Part shown: piece after piece, positions 52,420-64,000 of the stretch | Layout of the letters: each line of letters starts with the position of its first letter | Position numbering within the stretch: the first letter of the stretch is position 1 | NCBI GenBank assembly: GCA_043228905.1 | Contig: JBHGNT010000013.1 | Coordinates: 21,165,945-21,229,944, forward strand | From: Azolla caroliniana | Taxonomy: Eukaryota; Plantae; Polypodiophyta | Reading direction: 5' to 3' | DNA: 64,000 bases | Made by a program: the position numbers and the translations under genes | Notes under the pieces: model-generated | Databases searched by the model: none | The model's input: only the letters and a program-made list of their open reading frames with translations | What the model was told of the DNA's origin: nothing

Positions 52420-53419
52420 CCACAATAGATGTTGAATACATAGTTGTGTTCGAAACAAGGAAAGAAGCTATCTGGCTGCAATGACTGACGGTTGACTTTT
52501 CGACCAAGAGACAGATCGTCAACATCACTCCGACCTTGCTTTGCGATTCATAAAGCGCAATACACCTTGTGTGAATCCCAATGTACCATGCAAAGAGGAA
52601 GCATATAGGGGTAAGGTATCATCATATTTGGGAGCTCGTCATCGACAAGAAGCTCGAAGTCTGAAAGATCGACATCAAGGTGAACATCGTTCATTGCCTG
52701 ACCAAGCCGCTCCCATATTGTCACTTCAGAGCACTTAGAGGACAGATGGAACCACAACTAGATTGCCAAATCCAAGGAAGTAGGAGAAGTGTACGAGCCG
52801 AAGGTTTGATGGGCCAAAAGCCAACCGAGTCAACAGAGCAAAGCCAACCGCACCGACCCAACCGAGCTGACAAAACAAAGCTGACCGAGCACTGAGCCAA
52901 TCGGAAACAACTCGACTCTCCAACTACTCCCGATTTGATGACCATAGCTTAGCTTGTATCTCTAGTAGATTGTATCTAGATTTATGGGGGAGATCTCTCC
53001 CCGAATTCTTGTATTAGTTAGAGTAGTCCTTTTACATGGGAGTTTGTTAGACTAAAAGGCCCTACTCCAACCCGACTATTGTACGTCTAAGTGTGTATTC
53101 ACCTTGGAGTTAGGGCAAAGCCCACTCATGTATTAATAGGAGGAACTTCCTTCTTGTACATATGATGCAGAATAATAAAACGTCTCTTTAGCCTACCTAC
53201 CTGTGTTAACTATCTCTCTCTATGAATACTCTCTGTGCATATTGTAATTTTGATACTACACAGGTTCTCACGCTTACACTATGAACTTTGTTGTTCCTCA
53301 AGAAGGTCAACATATTACACATTCCGCATAAGCCTACACAATTGGTCACAGTTGACCAGCTGACTATACAATAGTAGTCGACTAGACACTACACTAAGTG
53401 TCAACAAACCCTACAAACA
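52420..53419 (+). mobile_element. Copia 3' fragment (RNase H, PPT, 3' LTR ~52790-53419)
   Basis: EAIWL...CDS*SAIHL...YHAKRKHI...LTKPL; purine tract before TGTACG; LTR is an inverted homolog of 52100-52400. Confidence 0.65.
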
Positions 53420-54059
53420 TCCAAGGGGCACATGCCACTTGTATATAAACATGACATATTGTATTGTTTGAACCATTCCGGTTCAACACTAGTCATCGAC
53501 AAAATTACTATGGTTCTCACTCTTATATATTTTCTAGCTATAATAAAATATATCCACTTATCGCTCTTTCTTTTCTTATTCAATTCTCTTTTGTCAAGTT
53601 ATGACACTAAGACCATGAAACCTTAATTGTTGTCCTCCCATGTGTTAAACCCTTGTTCTCAACAAAATAATGAAATATGGAGCAATAGATATCCATGGTT
53701 GTGAGTGTGAACACATGACTTGTAATAATGAATATCTGTGGGCCATCATATGCATAGATAAGTCCAATATTCTAACTCCCCCCCAAGCGCTTATTTCCAT
53801 GGCAACAATATCAAGAAATATAATATTGTGGGTTCCATAATGTCTTTCTCTCTTTGGGACAATACGGATGTGGTACCTTTATTTCTCTTTCCCTCGGTTT
53901 TTGGGAAAGTGTAGGGAATCGGGACACCTCTTTCTCCTCTTGTAAAAGCACCTACCTACCTATAAACATATCCACTTGTTATAACTTAGCCTCCTTTATC
54001 TTACCGATGCATATGTACGGAGAGGGACGTGCTATTAAACTAATATAAAATATATTGGG

Positions 54060-54111
<52 letters not shown>

Positions 54112-54463
54112 TGAATAATATAGTAATAATACTACTAATACTAATTGTGATCATCAATGCAACCTACTAGTGAATTGCCAAAAGCATGTGTATGGGTATT
54201 TTAGTTCTGTCTCAATGATATATATTTTTTGTTTTCTCAGCAAAAATGCAAATTATCAATAGCATGCCAACACTCATAAAAACCACCTAAAACATTGGTC
54301 CCTCCAAAAAAATGTTGTCCTAATCGAAACTGTCAATACAGCAATAGAGTTAATATAAATCACAAATTAATCCATTCAACATACAACGCACATTCTCTAA
54401 CAACACAATGAGGCATGTCTCTAGAATCTCACATACACGTTTTATATTCAAATACCAAATACT

Positions 54464-54839
54464 TGTTGGGATTTCGGTCCCTCCGGATGGGATGTCCGGA
54501 GATGAATGACGGCAAGCCCGGTTGCGGTTACGGAACCGGAGGATGAAGAGTACCCGGCATGAAGCCGGATGAAGAGTACCCGGCATGAAGCCAGATGAAG
54601 AGTACCCGGCTACGGATCCGGATGATGAAGACCCCGGCTACGGAGCCGGATGACGAATGTACCCGGAGAGAGATCCGGATGCGGGGACATATTTGTGAAT
54701 ATGTTTGCCAAGGGCCCTTGAGGCTATATTTGTAAATAGCCCGAAAGTCATATTTGTATAAATATAACTTAGGGCAAACAGTTTAGTAGTGTTACTCATT
54801 TTTTCTTGATTTTCCACTTAGAGGGAGCTAAGTGAGCAG

Positions 54840-54878
<39 letters not shown>

Positions 54879-57800
54879 GAAGAGGTCGTTGCCTCTGTGT
54901 ATTACCGCCGCCTGTGGCGAAGACAGTGAGCCCAAGGTTGTTGCCTTGTAGCTTCACCATTGTACATCTCTGTTTATAGTGATAGTTGGAGTTTGAGGAC
55001 TCCCGTGGTTTTTCCCATTTAGGGTTTTCCACGTAAAACATCCTGTGTACTCTTCTCTCTATTATCTTCGTGCATTTTGTATTTCCTGTTTTCTGTGAGT
55101 TAATCCTATTCCTCGGTTGTGGCCGAGCACTGTGTTCAACAAAGTGGTATCAGAGCGACGGTAACACAGAAAATGGAAGGCGGCGGTAGTGGGCCTCCGG
55201 GCATGATGGTGTTGAACTCACAGAACTACGCCGACTGGAAGATAAAGATGGAAGACCTTCTCATCGTTCGAGACCTGTACGAACCGATCGACAATGCCGA
55301 GATACCAAAGGGGGTGATAGAGTCGGAGTGGAAGCTCCTGAACCGGAAAGCCGCAACGACGATCCGGCAATATGTCGATGTAAGTGTTCTGCAACATGTG
55401 GCGAACGATATGAACGCCTATGAGAGGTGGCAGAAGCTGTCCGGACTGTATGAGAGGAAGAATGCTCTGACCCGGACCTCCCTGATGAGGAAGATAGTGA
55501 ATCTTAAGTACTGGGACGGCGAGAGCATGGTCGAACACGTCAGCACGTTCATGGGATTCGTGAACCAGCTTGCGGCGATCAAGTTCCCGTTGGATGACGC
55601 AATGCAAGCCATCATGCTGATGTGTACCCTTCCGGAGAGCTGGGAGAATTTGGTAGTTACTCTCAGCACCTCCTGTAAGGAAGAGAACTTGTCTTTACTA
55701 ACGGTAAAGACAAGTATTCTAAATGAAGAAGCGCGTCGGAGAGATAAAGAACCGGCCTCCGACTCGAAGGCGCTGCTTACCGAATCGGAACGGGGAAGAC
55801 AACGGTACCGGAGTCTGCAAAGACGGGAGAAGTCGGGGACACGGTCGCAGTCGAGGGGAAGACCTACATGCTTCTACTGTGGGAAGCCGGGGCACTTCCA
55901 GAAGAACTGTCGGCATTTCCGGAAAGACAACGGAACCGACGGTACCGATTCGAAGAAGTCACCGGAGCGAAACGGTGCATACCGGGGAGCCACGGACCGG
56001 AGAGGTCCGGATCGGCGAGGGCAGGACCGGAAAGGAACGACGGCACTCGCGGCAAGTGAAGAAGAGATAATGCTCATTACCGAAGAGAGGGAGCTGAACC
56101 TTGCCGGTGAAGAGATGACCTGGGTGGTCGATTCCGGAGCGTCGTTCCACTTGACCCCGGAGAAGAAATACTTCTCATCCTACACAGCCGGTGAGCACGG
56201 CTGTGTCCGGATGGGAAATGAAGGTACATGCCGGATTGCCGGCATAGGAGACGTGTGGCTGATGACATCAACCGGATGCAAGATGCTGCTGAAGGATGTC
56301 CGACACGTTCCGGAGGTTCGATTGAACCTGATTTCGGCCGGGAGGCTAGACGATGAAGGCTACACGGGTAGCATCCGGAACGGTGTCATGAAGTTCAGCA
56401 AAGGGAGCCTGATAGTGGCTCGGGCCCGGAAGGTCAACACTCTGTACCTGATGAATTCCCGGCTATGTCCGGAGGAGCTGAACGTGGCAGCTGACACTGC
56501 CGGTGAGCTGTGGCACAAGAGACTGTGCCACATGAGCGAGAAGGGGATGAAGAGGCTTGCCGAAGACAACCTTATTCCAGTGAAGCATGTGCACCTGGAG
56601 AAGTGCACCGATTGCCTGGCCAGTAAGCAGAACCGAACCTCCTTCCACTCAAGGCCACCGACGAGACGTAGCGCACCATTGGAGTTGGTGCACACTGACG
56701 TGTGTCAAGTAGAAACGAAGTCACATGGCGGAGCCCAGTACTTCGTGACATTCATTGATGACCACAGCCGGAAGCTGTGGACGGCACCGTTGAAGACAAA
56801 GGACCAAGTATTGTCCGTCTTCAAAGAACTCCACGCGAGAGTGGAAAGAGAATCCGGCAAGAAGCTGAAAGCACTACGAGCGGATAACGGAGGAGAATAC
56901 CGAGGGCAATTTGAGGAGTATTGCCGTTCGATGGGAATTCGGCTCGAGTTTATTGTGCCGAAGATGCCGGAACTGAACGGGCTGGCCGAGAGGATGAACC
57001 GGACCATAATGGAGAGGGTCCGGAGTATGCTAGCACATGCGAAATTACCCAAGGGATTTTGGGCTGAGGCAATGTCGACGACGACATACGTGATAAACAG
57101 ATCACCCTCAGTACCTTTGGACGGAGACACGCCACAGAGAGTGTGGACCGGTAAGGAAGTGTCCTACCGGCATCTGAAGGTGTTCGGGTGTCTTGCATAC
57201 GTGCATGTGGCAAAGGACCGGAGAGGAAAGTTAGATCCAAAGACCCGGCCATGCATATTCCTCGGTTACGGCGACGACGAGTTCGGCTACCGAGTATGGG
57301 ACCCGGTCGACAAGAAGATATTCAGGAGTAGAGATATCATCTTCATGGAGGACAAGACACTCGCCGACTGGGAGTCGGAGAAGAAGATGAAGAGCTCCAA
57401 GTCGACCGGTGAGGATCAACTCTACGAGGAGCAGTCCCGACCGGCAAGGGACCGGTTAGCACTCGAGGATCCGGCCGAAGACGGTGAAGAAACAGAACCG
57501 GCCGAGGAAGATGAAACTGATACCGGAACCGGCCCCGATCCCGAAATGGATTCGGATGAAGAGGAAACGGAGGAGCCGGTTACCGAAGCTCCGGAACGGA
57601 GATATCCTCTAAGAGAGAGAAGGGCACCCCGGAGATTTCCGGAACCAGAGCACGTGCTGCTAACCAACGAGGGGGAGCCGGAGAGTTTTGAAGAAGCAAA
57701 GCTTGACACCCATAGCCGCAGGTGGTTAAGTGCCATGCAGGAGGAGATGGATTCCCTGCATGAGAACCACACATATGAACTTGTGGAGTTGCCGAAAGGA

Positions 57801-59662
57801 AAGCGGGCACTTCAAAACAAGTGGGTGTTCAAGCTGAAACCGGGAGATGCCGGAAACCCCCCGAGATACAAAGCCAGGATCGTGGTGAAGGGGTTCCAGC
57901 AGAAGAAGGGCGTCGACTTCGACGAGATATTTGCCCCGGTAGTGAAGATGACCTCCATCCGGACGGTGCTGAGCATAGCGGCAAGCATGGACCTCGAGGT
58001 AGAACAGATGGACGTGAAGACGGCATTCCTTCACGGTGACCTTGAAGAAGAGATCTACATGCAGCAACCGGAAGGATTCGAGAAGAAAGGGAAGGAGCAC
58101 CTGGTATGCCGGTTGAAGAAGAGCCTTTACGGACTGAAGCAGGCTCCCCGGCAGTGGTACCGGAAGTTCGACTCCTTCATGACCGACGAAGGGTACCACA
58201 AAACGCAGTCCGATCACTGCGTGTTTGTGAAGAAGTTCGAAGGAGGAGACTTTCTAATACTCCTCCTGTACGTGGACGACATGTTGATCGTCGGACGGGA
58301 CCAGGTCAAGATACGGATGCTGAAGAAAGCGCTTCACCGAACCTTCTCAATGAAGGACCTGGGTCCGGCGAGGCAAATACTAGGGATGCACATCATCCGG
58401 GACCGGAAGAAGAAGCAGTTGTGGCTGTCACAGGAGAAGTACGTGACAAAGGTGCTTCAACGGTTCAACATGTCGGAAGCAAGACCGGTCGGATCGACCC
58501 TCCCTGCAAACTGCAAGTTGTCCAGCAAGCAAAGCCCCAAGACAAAGGCTGAGAAGGAGGACATGATGAAAGTACCATATGCCTCTACCGTCGGAAGCTT
58601 GATGTACGCAATGGTGTGTACAAGACCGGACATAGGATATGCAGTCGGAGTGGTGAGCCGGTACATGAGCAATCCCGGCAAAGAACACTGGAACGCGGCC
58701 AAGTGGATACTCCGATACCTGAAGGGCACGGCAAACGTGTGCCTCCGATTCAGCTCCGGTAAGCCCGAACTCGATGGCTTTACCGATTCGGATATGTCGG
58801 CTGATGCAGATACCAGCCGGTCCACATCAGGGTATGTGATGACGTATGCAGGGGGAGCTGTTTCATGGCAGTCAAGGCTGCAGAAGACGGTTGCACTGTC
58901 AACCACGGAGGCGGAGTACATGGCGGCTGTTGAAGCCGGCAAGGAAATAATATGGATGAAGGACTTCATTAGAGAGCTTGGTATCCGGCAGGAGGAGTAC
59001 CGGCTCTACTGCGATAGTCAGAGTGCCATCCACCTTGCGAAGAACGCGGCCTACCATTCCCGGACGAAACACATCCAGTGTAGATACCACTGGATCTGGG
59101 AAAGGATAGAAGACAAGGAGTTCGTGCTGACGAAGATCCACACGGACGAGAACGGGTCGGATATGCTGACTAAGGTGCTCACACTCGACAAGCTGGAAGC
59201 ATGCCGGAAGAGGATCGGATTAGAGAGACATCCCATGCCGAAGTGAAGGGGGAGTTTGTTGGGATTTCGGTCCCTCCGGATGGGATGTCCGGAGATAAAT
59301 GACGGCAAGCCCGGTTGCGGTTACGGAACTGGAGGATGAAGAGTACCCGGCATGAAGCCGGATGAAGAGTACCCGGCTACGGATCCGAATGATGAAGACC
59401 CCGGCTACGGAGCCGGATGATGAAGACCCTGGCTACGGAGCCGGATGATGAAGACCCCGGCTACGGAGCCGGATGACGAATGTACCCGGAGAGAGATCCG
59501 GATGCGGGGACATATTTGTGAATATGTTTGCCAAGGGCCCTTGAGGCTATATTTGTAAATAGCCCGAAAGTCATATGTGTATAAATATGACTTAGGGCAA
59601 ACAGTTTAGTAGTGTTACTCATTTTTTCTTGATTTTCCACTTAGAGGGAGCTAAGTGAGCAG

Positions 59663-59699
<37 letters not shown>

Positions 59700-59962
59700 G
59701 AAGAGGTCGTTGCCTCTGTGTATTACCGCCGCCTGTGGCGAAGACAGTGAGCCCAAGGTTGTTGCCTTGTAGCTTCACCATTGTACATCTCTGTTTATAG
59801 TGATAGTTGGAGTTTGAGGACTCCCGTGGTTTTTCCCATTTAGGGTTTTCCACGTAAAACATCCTGTGTACTCTTCTCTCTATTATCTTCGTGCATTTTG
59901 TATTTCCTGTTTTCTGTGAGTTAATCCTATTCCTCGGTTGTGACCGAGCACTGTGTTCAACA
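54464..59962 (+). mobile_element. Intact, recent Ty1/Copia LTR retrotransposon
   Basis: LTRs at 54464-55141 and 59257-59962 (TG...CA); ATACT TSD; iMet PBS 55145-55156; PPT 59241-59254; uninterrupted polyprotein. Confidence 0.97.
55173..59246 (+). CDS. Copia Gag-Pol polyprotein (1357 aa from ATG 55173)
   Basis: CFYCGKPGHFQKNC, WVVDSGAS, LWHKRLCH, HTDVC..FIDD..DNGGEY..NGLAERMNRT, LYVDDML, RNase H FTDSD/EAEY. Confidence 0.96.
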   Translation: MEGGGSGPPGMMVLNSQNYADWKIKMEDLLIVRDLYEPIDNAEIPKGVIESEWKLLNRKAATTIRQYVDVSVLQHVANDMNAYERWQKLSGLYERKNALTRTSLMRKIVNLKYWDGESMVEHVSTFMGFVNQLAAIKFPLDDAMQAIMLMCTLPESWENLVVTLSTSCKEENLSLLTVKTSILNEEARRRDKEPASDSKALLTESERGRQRYRSLQRREKSGTRSQSRGRPTCFYCGKPGHFQKNCRHFRKDNGTDGTDSKKSPERNGAYRGATDRRGPDRRGQDRKGTTALAASEEEIMLITEERELNLAGEEMTWVVDSGASFHLTPEKKYFSSYTAGEHGCVRMGNEGTCRIAGIGDVWLMTSTGCKMLLKDVRHVPEVRLNLISAGRLDDEGYTGSIRNGVMKFSKGSLIVARARKVNTLYLMNSRLCPEELNVAADTAGELWHKRLCHMSEKGMKRLAEDNLIPVKHVHLEKCTDCLASKQNRTSFHSRPPTRRSAPLELVHTDVCQVETKSHGGAQYFVTFIDDHSRKLWTAPLKTKDQVLSVFKELHARVERESGKKLKALRADNGGEYRGQFEEYCRSMGIRLEFIVPKMPELNGLAERMNRTIMERVRSMLAHAKLPKGFWAEAMSTTTYVINRSPSVPLDGDTPQRVWTGKEVSYRHLKVFGCLAYVHVAKDRRGKLDPKTRPCIFLGYGDDEFGYRVWDPVDKKIFRSRDIIFMEDKTLADWESEKKMKSSKSTGEDQLYEEQSRPARDRLALEDPAEDGEETEPAEEDETDTGTGPDPEMDSDEEETEEPVTEAPERRYPLRERRAPRRFPEPEHVLLTNEGEPESFEEAKLDTHSRRWLSAMQEEMDSLHENHTYELVELPKGKRALQNKWVFKLKPGDAGNPPRYKARIVVKGFQQKKGVDFDEIFAPVVKMTSIRTVLSIAASMDLEVEQMDVKTAFLHGDLEEEIYMQQPEGFEKKGKEHLVCRLKKSLYGLKQAPRQWYRKFDSFMTDEGYHKTQSDHCVFVKKFEGGDFLILLLYVDDMLIVGRDQVKIRMLKKALHRTFSMKDLGPARQILGMHIIRDRKKKQLWLSQEKYVTKVLQRFNMSEARPVGSTLPANCKLSSKQSPKTKAEKEDMMKVPYASTVGSLMYAMVCTRPDIGYAVGVVSRYMSNPGKEHWNAAKWILRYLKGTANVCLRFSSGKPELDGFTDSDMSADADTSRSTSGYVMTYAGGAVSWQSRLQKTVALSTTEAEYMAAVEAGKEIIWMKDFIRELGIRQEEYRLYCDSQSAIHLAKNAAYHSRTKHIQCRYHWIWERIEDKEFVLTKIHTDENGSDMLTKVLTLDKLEACRKRIGLERHPMPK

Positions 59963-60079
59963 ATACTCTCGTATAATTGAGCTGTTCTTGGGTCCACAAA
60001 ACGAGTAGTTTATGAAGTAGTGATCTAACGTTGACATAGCAAAAAAGCCAGAAAAAGTGGGGCGCCTCAATATATGTAC

Positions 60080-60212
60080 ATATAACGTTGACAAAACCAT
60101 GAACTTGGCATATTAGCTTGAGAGTGGAATTTGAAGGAGGAGGACATGTATATAACGTTGACAAAACCATGGAACTTGGCATATTAGCTTGAGAGTGGAA
60201 TTTGAAGGAGGA
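60080..60212 (+). repeat. Tandem duplication (~70-bp period) just upstream of gene copy 5
   Basis: ATATAACGTTGACAAAACCATG(G)AACTTGGCATATTAGCTTGAGAGTGGAATTTGAAGGAGGA twice. Confidence 0.9.
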
Positions 60213-60230
60213 GAAGGACATAGAATTATC

Positions 60231-61097
60231 ATGAAGGTGCTCCTCCTCCTGCTCCTATATTCCATTGCCTTCCTTACGGTCATCTTCTACGGTGTCTCAG
60301 CACAGTCGAGCGCAGAAAAGTGTGCTCAGATCGCCAAAACTGGATTGCCAACTAGGTGTTCTCACATCTTATGTTGCATTATCTATGAACAAAATGTCAA
60401 TGCCTACCCCGACTGCTATTGCTCCGCCTTCAACAGCACTGACGTCCGTCTATATGCCTTTATCTGCGGCTTCCCGCTTCCCCAGAACGTCACTTCATGC
60501 TTCCCACCAGGTATTATTATACCATAACATACTTATACATACACATCACAAGAATCCTTTCATGTATCAATTAATCAGACAGGGCACACACACACACTGA
60601 CTGACTGACTGACTGACTGACTGACTATAGTGGCTTAAATGCACCCCATTTCATTCCATCCATTTCATGTTCAAACGTCACCTTTATTAGCATATGAAAT
60701 TGGAACGTTAAATATAATTGAAGGGATCCATTTTGAAGATATCCATGCTCAATCGATAGATTGGTGGGGTGTAAATTGTAATATAAATATATATATATAT
60801 ATACATATGCCTGCTTCCAGAATGTAATCCTCGATATGTTTATACATATATTATGCGCGGTTTGATGTGAAGCCATAGGGCTCAATGTGACCGCCTGTAT
60901 TTGTAGACGCACCCCCACCCCCACCACCTGCTACTCTCTTCACATCGCCGCCTCCTCCTCCCCCACCATCTAACACATCTTATTCTATTGCTGCTGCTAA
61001 TTCTCTCCATCATCATCATCATCATCATGTGAAGGATTCACTCCTCATCAGCATCGTTGTAACTACAGTACTCGTGGCACTGCCCTTCTTCATGTGA
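60231..61097 (+). CDS. Single-8CM LTPG-like protein, copy 5; exons 60231-60510 and 60907-61097; 156 aa
   Basis: Signal peptide, 8 Cys (C-C-CC-CYC-C-C), phase-1 intron, SP7 tract, His7, hydrophobic tail ending PFFM. Confidence 0.82.
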
Positions 61098-63806
61098 AGG
61101 ATTCAGTCTTTTAGAGTTGTTGATGATGATCCAACAAAAATTTAACTTGCTTAATACCTTGCAAGTTGTCCATCTGTACCGAATACCTACTTATTTATAC
61201 CACCATAAGAAAACATATGTGCCTCATACATACATACCTTGCACTCTAATATCTCCTACAACATTCCCAACAATGATCAAAATAAGCGTGTGTGTGTGTG
61301 TGTGTGTGTGTGTCCCTAGTGAGAGACACCATGGATCAAGAACATTAAATCACTTTTTCTTGTTTGTATTCAATTTGTGGCATTGCCCAAAGGGATGGAT
61401 TAATTCTTTACAATTAACCTGTGATGTATAATAGCTTTAGTGCCAAAGGCAACTTTTGTTTGGTTTTCTTGCCCAAAGTCTACGGATGATGACCGAGGAT
61501 AAGATACCGGAACTAAGTCAATGGTTAAAATCACAAACTAATTTGGGCTAAGGTATTGGTTAGGCTTCATTTCTCCAAGATTCCTCCAAAGATGGCAACA
61601 CGTTATTACAAAGTTGACCTAATGATTAAGCCTACCTAGCCAAAACAACTCAAATACACCAAAATACAACGTTTCCAAAAATTCACCTGTGTCTTAGGTG
61701 AGGCTATTTTTACGTATTCAATTCATTCGCTTTCTTACATATTATAGGAAGCTCATACACATTTGCACATATCATGCACATGCATTCTAATTGTAGGAAA
61801 TCATTCACTCTTATCCTATTTTCAAGTCAAAGTCCAAATCTCACGGATTTAGAATATTGTGATATCAAATCTCACAAACAAAAACTCACTTAGAAAAGAA
61901 CATACAAAGTAACTCATAGGAATTGAACCTTGCACCTCTACATATGGACAAACCTCGAGAAAAAATTGAGTGCCGGAAAATTTACAAATCGATACATTAG
62001 GTTAATGTACATATGTACTAAGAGGTCTACATTATATATGCACGCATGATGTATGTATGTACGTTAGTATGTGTATCAATAAAGATGACGCTTGCAATAT
62101 TAGAGAATCATCCGATCTAGTCTTGTAAGAATATGGATGGTTTCAATTTGAAGGAATGCCAAACTGTTACACCAATCCTTGTCTAACTACATCTAATGTA
62201 ACCATTCTCTGTGTGTAATGCATGTGCCATACATTACCTACGTACGTAGATGAATACCATGTAAATGAGAATGCTCATTTTTCTATTCCATGTAAATGTG
62301 AAGGATCAATTTTAAAACTTAAGATTGATGAAATTTCTTCTTATTACCTAGCTATGTTGCTAAGAGAACTACTTTGTGTAACGATCACCATCTCTAATTT
62401 TGGGCCAACTTATGTGAATTATGCAAACACCCATTACCTTGGTGTTAAATAACACCATGATAAAGCTTGTCAAATTTGAAAAATATAACTCCAAATTTGT
62501 CAAGCAAGTGTACATTGTACTAGATAATCCATTTGTACAATGCAAAAGAAAAAATTGCCCATTGCTAGCACATGTCATTTAGAGCTAATCCCAAAGGCAA
62601 ACCGCAATCAAAACTCTCTAAATGATGACCTTTGAAAACATCCCTCACACTTGCTAAATACCAAGATCACTCTTCCAATTCCCAACAATCATATCTCTCC
62701 ATAATAGAGGAAGATAGAGATGAATTGGTAGGCATCCATGGTTGATTAAACGAGTCAGTAAAGAAATTAAGGGGAATCATAGGATCCAATATTTGTGCCA
62801 AATGGTGGGCACATTGTCGTGATGTGGTGTGGCCAAAGGTAGAAAGTGGGAAATGGGAGGGTCCACTCACAATCATAACAAAATATGTATATATAATAAT
62901 ATATTATTATATATAATAAAAAGCCATAGAGCTTGTACTCAATGAAAACAACCAAGGGTTGCACAATTTTGACGAGACTCTTACTTACATTATGCAACAA
63001 CAAGAATAATTGATGAGTGAGAAAGAGAAATAGCTACAAGAGCAAGTCTATTTGACATGGTACTTGTTAAGGGAAATAATGTCATATTCTTCAATTTTAA
63101 CAACCCTATAATGGTAGTTGTTAAGGGAAATACTATACTCTTCTTCTTCCATTGTAACAACCCTATAAGGCTTAGAAATTACTAACAGCTTTTGGGCATG
63201 CAATGTGAAAGAGGCCCTTTAAGGCTTCCCACTTGTATAAAGGCAAGAGCACTCATGTAAAAGGGAGCTTTTGTATGAATTAATTTTATATTAACTTAAG
63301 GAGCCTTCAACGCTTCCATGGTTACATGGAGTAGAGACGTAAGTGCTTCTATGCATTAATATAATTTGACGTAAACTTTACCATTAGTGAGTGATGTTCC
63401 CCAATCCTTTGGTTAGCTCATGATGAGGAAGTTGGTCCCTTGGGACTTGTTAGTGACCCTTGGAAGTGCAACACTCCAAGATATGAGTCATGATGGCCCT
63501 CTTTAAGAGAATTTGATTTCCATCATTAATGGATAAGGTCAAACAATTGTCAAAACATGTGACCATCAAACAATTTGACTATGTAGATATCAAGATGTGG
63601 TGATGTAACATTGTCAATGCCATCACCTCTTCCACTATGGTGTATCTTTTGGTCACCCCCCCCCCCCCCCCCCGAATACCTCATTATTGTGTGAAAAGTT
63701 GTTGCATTAGTGCTTATGGTGTAACAATTGGGGTTTTGAATCGGTACATCAATGAAGTTATGTTGAGGATGAAACATATGCTTGGAGCAAGAAGAAATGG
63801 ATACAT

Positions 63807-64000
63807 TGTCGTGAAGATCCATCACTAAGTGCGGATCGTGAGGCGGAACCGTCGGGGCTTTGAACTAGAAGGATTTAGGGATCACATGCACAACACATAG
63901 GAGAGGAAGGCTTACACACCCAAGACACAAAAGTCTAAATCCCTTTGTGAAAAGGAGAGGTGCACAGTTTCCCGAAACCTTCTCCCTCACAAAACAACTA
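63807..64000 (-). mobile_element. LTR end of the same family as 3713-4513, cut by the window edge
   Basis: TGTCGTGAAGATCC.TCACTA...GCGGATCGTGAGGCGGAACCG closely matches 3713-3780. Confidence 0.75.

Noticed and set aside
55218-59308. Many short overlapping ORFs inside the Copia (likewise at 1568-3600 in the Gypsy)
   Set aside because: Alternative-frame or antisense shadows of GC-rich polyprotein genes
63000-63800. Possible highly decayed retroelement coding sequence
   Set aside because: Motifs are too eroded to assign

Overview
Eukaryotic, TE-dense land-plant DNA (spliceosomal introns, long CT/AT microsatellites; the retroelement types suggest a non-seed plant such as a fern, which is inference). 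The host content is a tandem cluster of secreted eight-cysteine-motif (nsLTP/LTPG/xylogen-like) proteins with extensin-like SPn linkers and GPI-signal-like tails: three apparently intact genes (14905, 22896, 60231) and two relics (~30210, 46157). The cluster is riddled with nested Gypsy, Copia, TRIM, MITE and LINE pieces, including one intact Copia (54464-59962). The most unusual feature is a 7957-bp TIR DNA transposon (34565-42521; 36-bp TIRs, GGAG TSD) inserted in a decayed Copia. It carries two divergent, now pseudogenised genes: a Sola/DUF7869-like transposase with a C-terminal BAH-like module, and an intron-containing ParB/Srx-like + bacterial beta-class N6A/N4C DNA methyltransferase fusion. 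Between them is an array of five 27-bp CpG-rich palindromes spaced ~51 bp apart, a candidate parS-like/target-site array. Coordinates were read by eye and family names come from motif recognition, not database searches.
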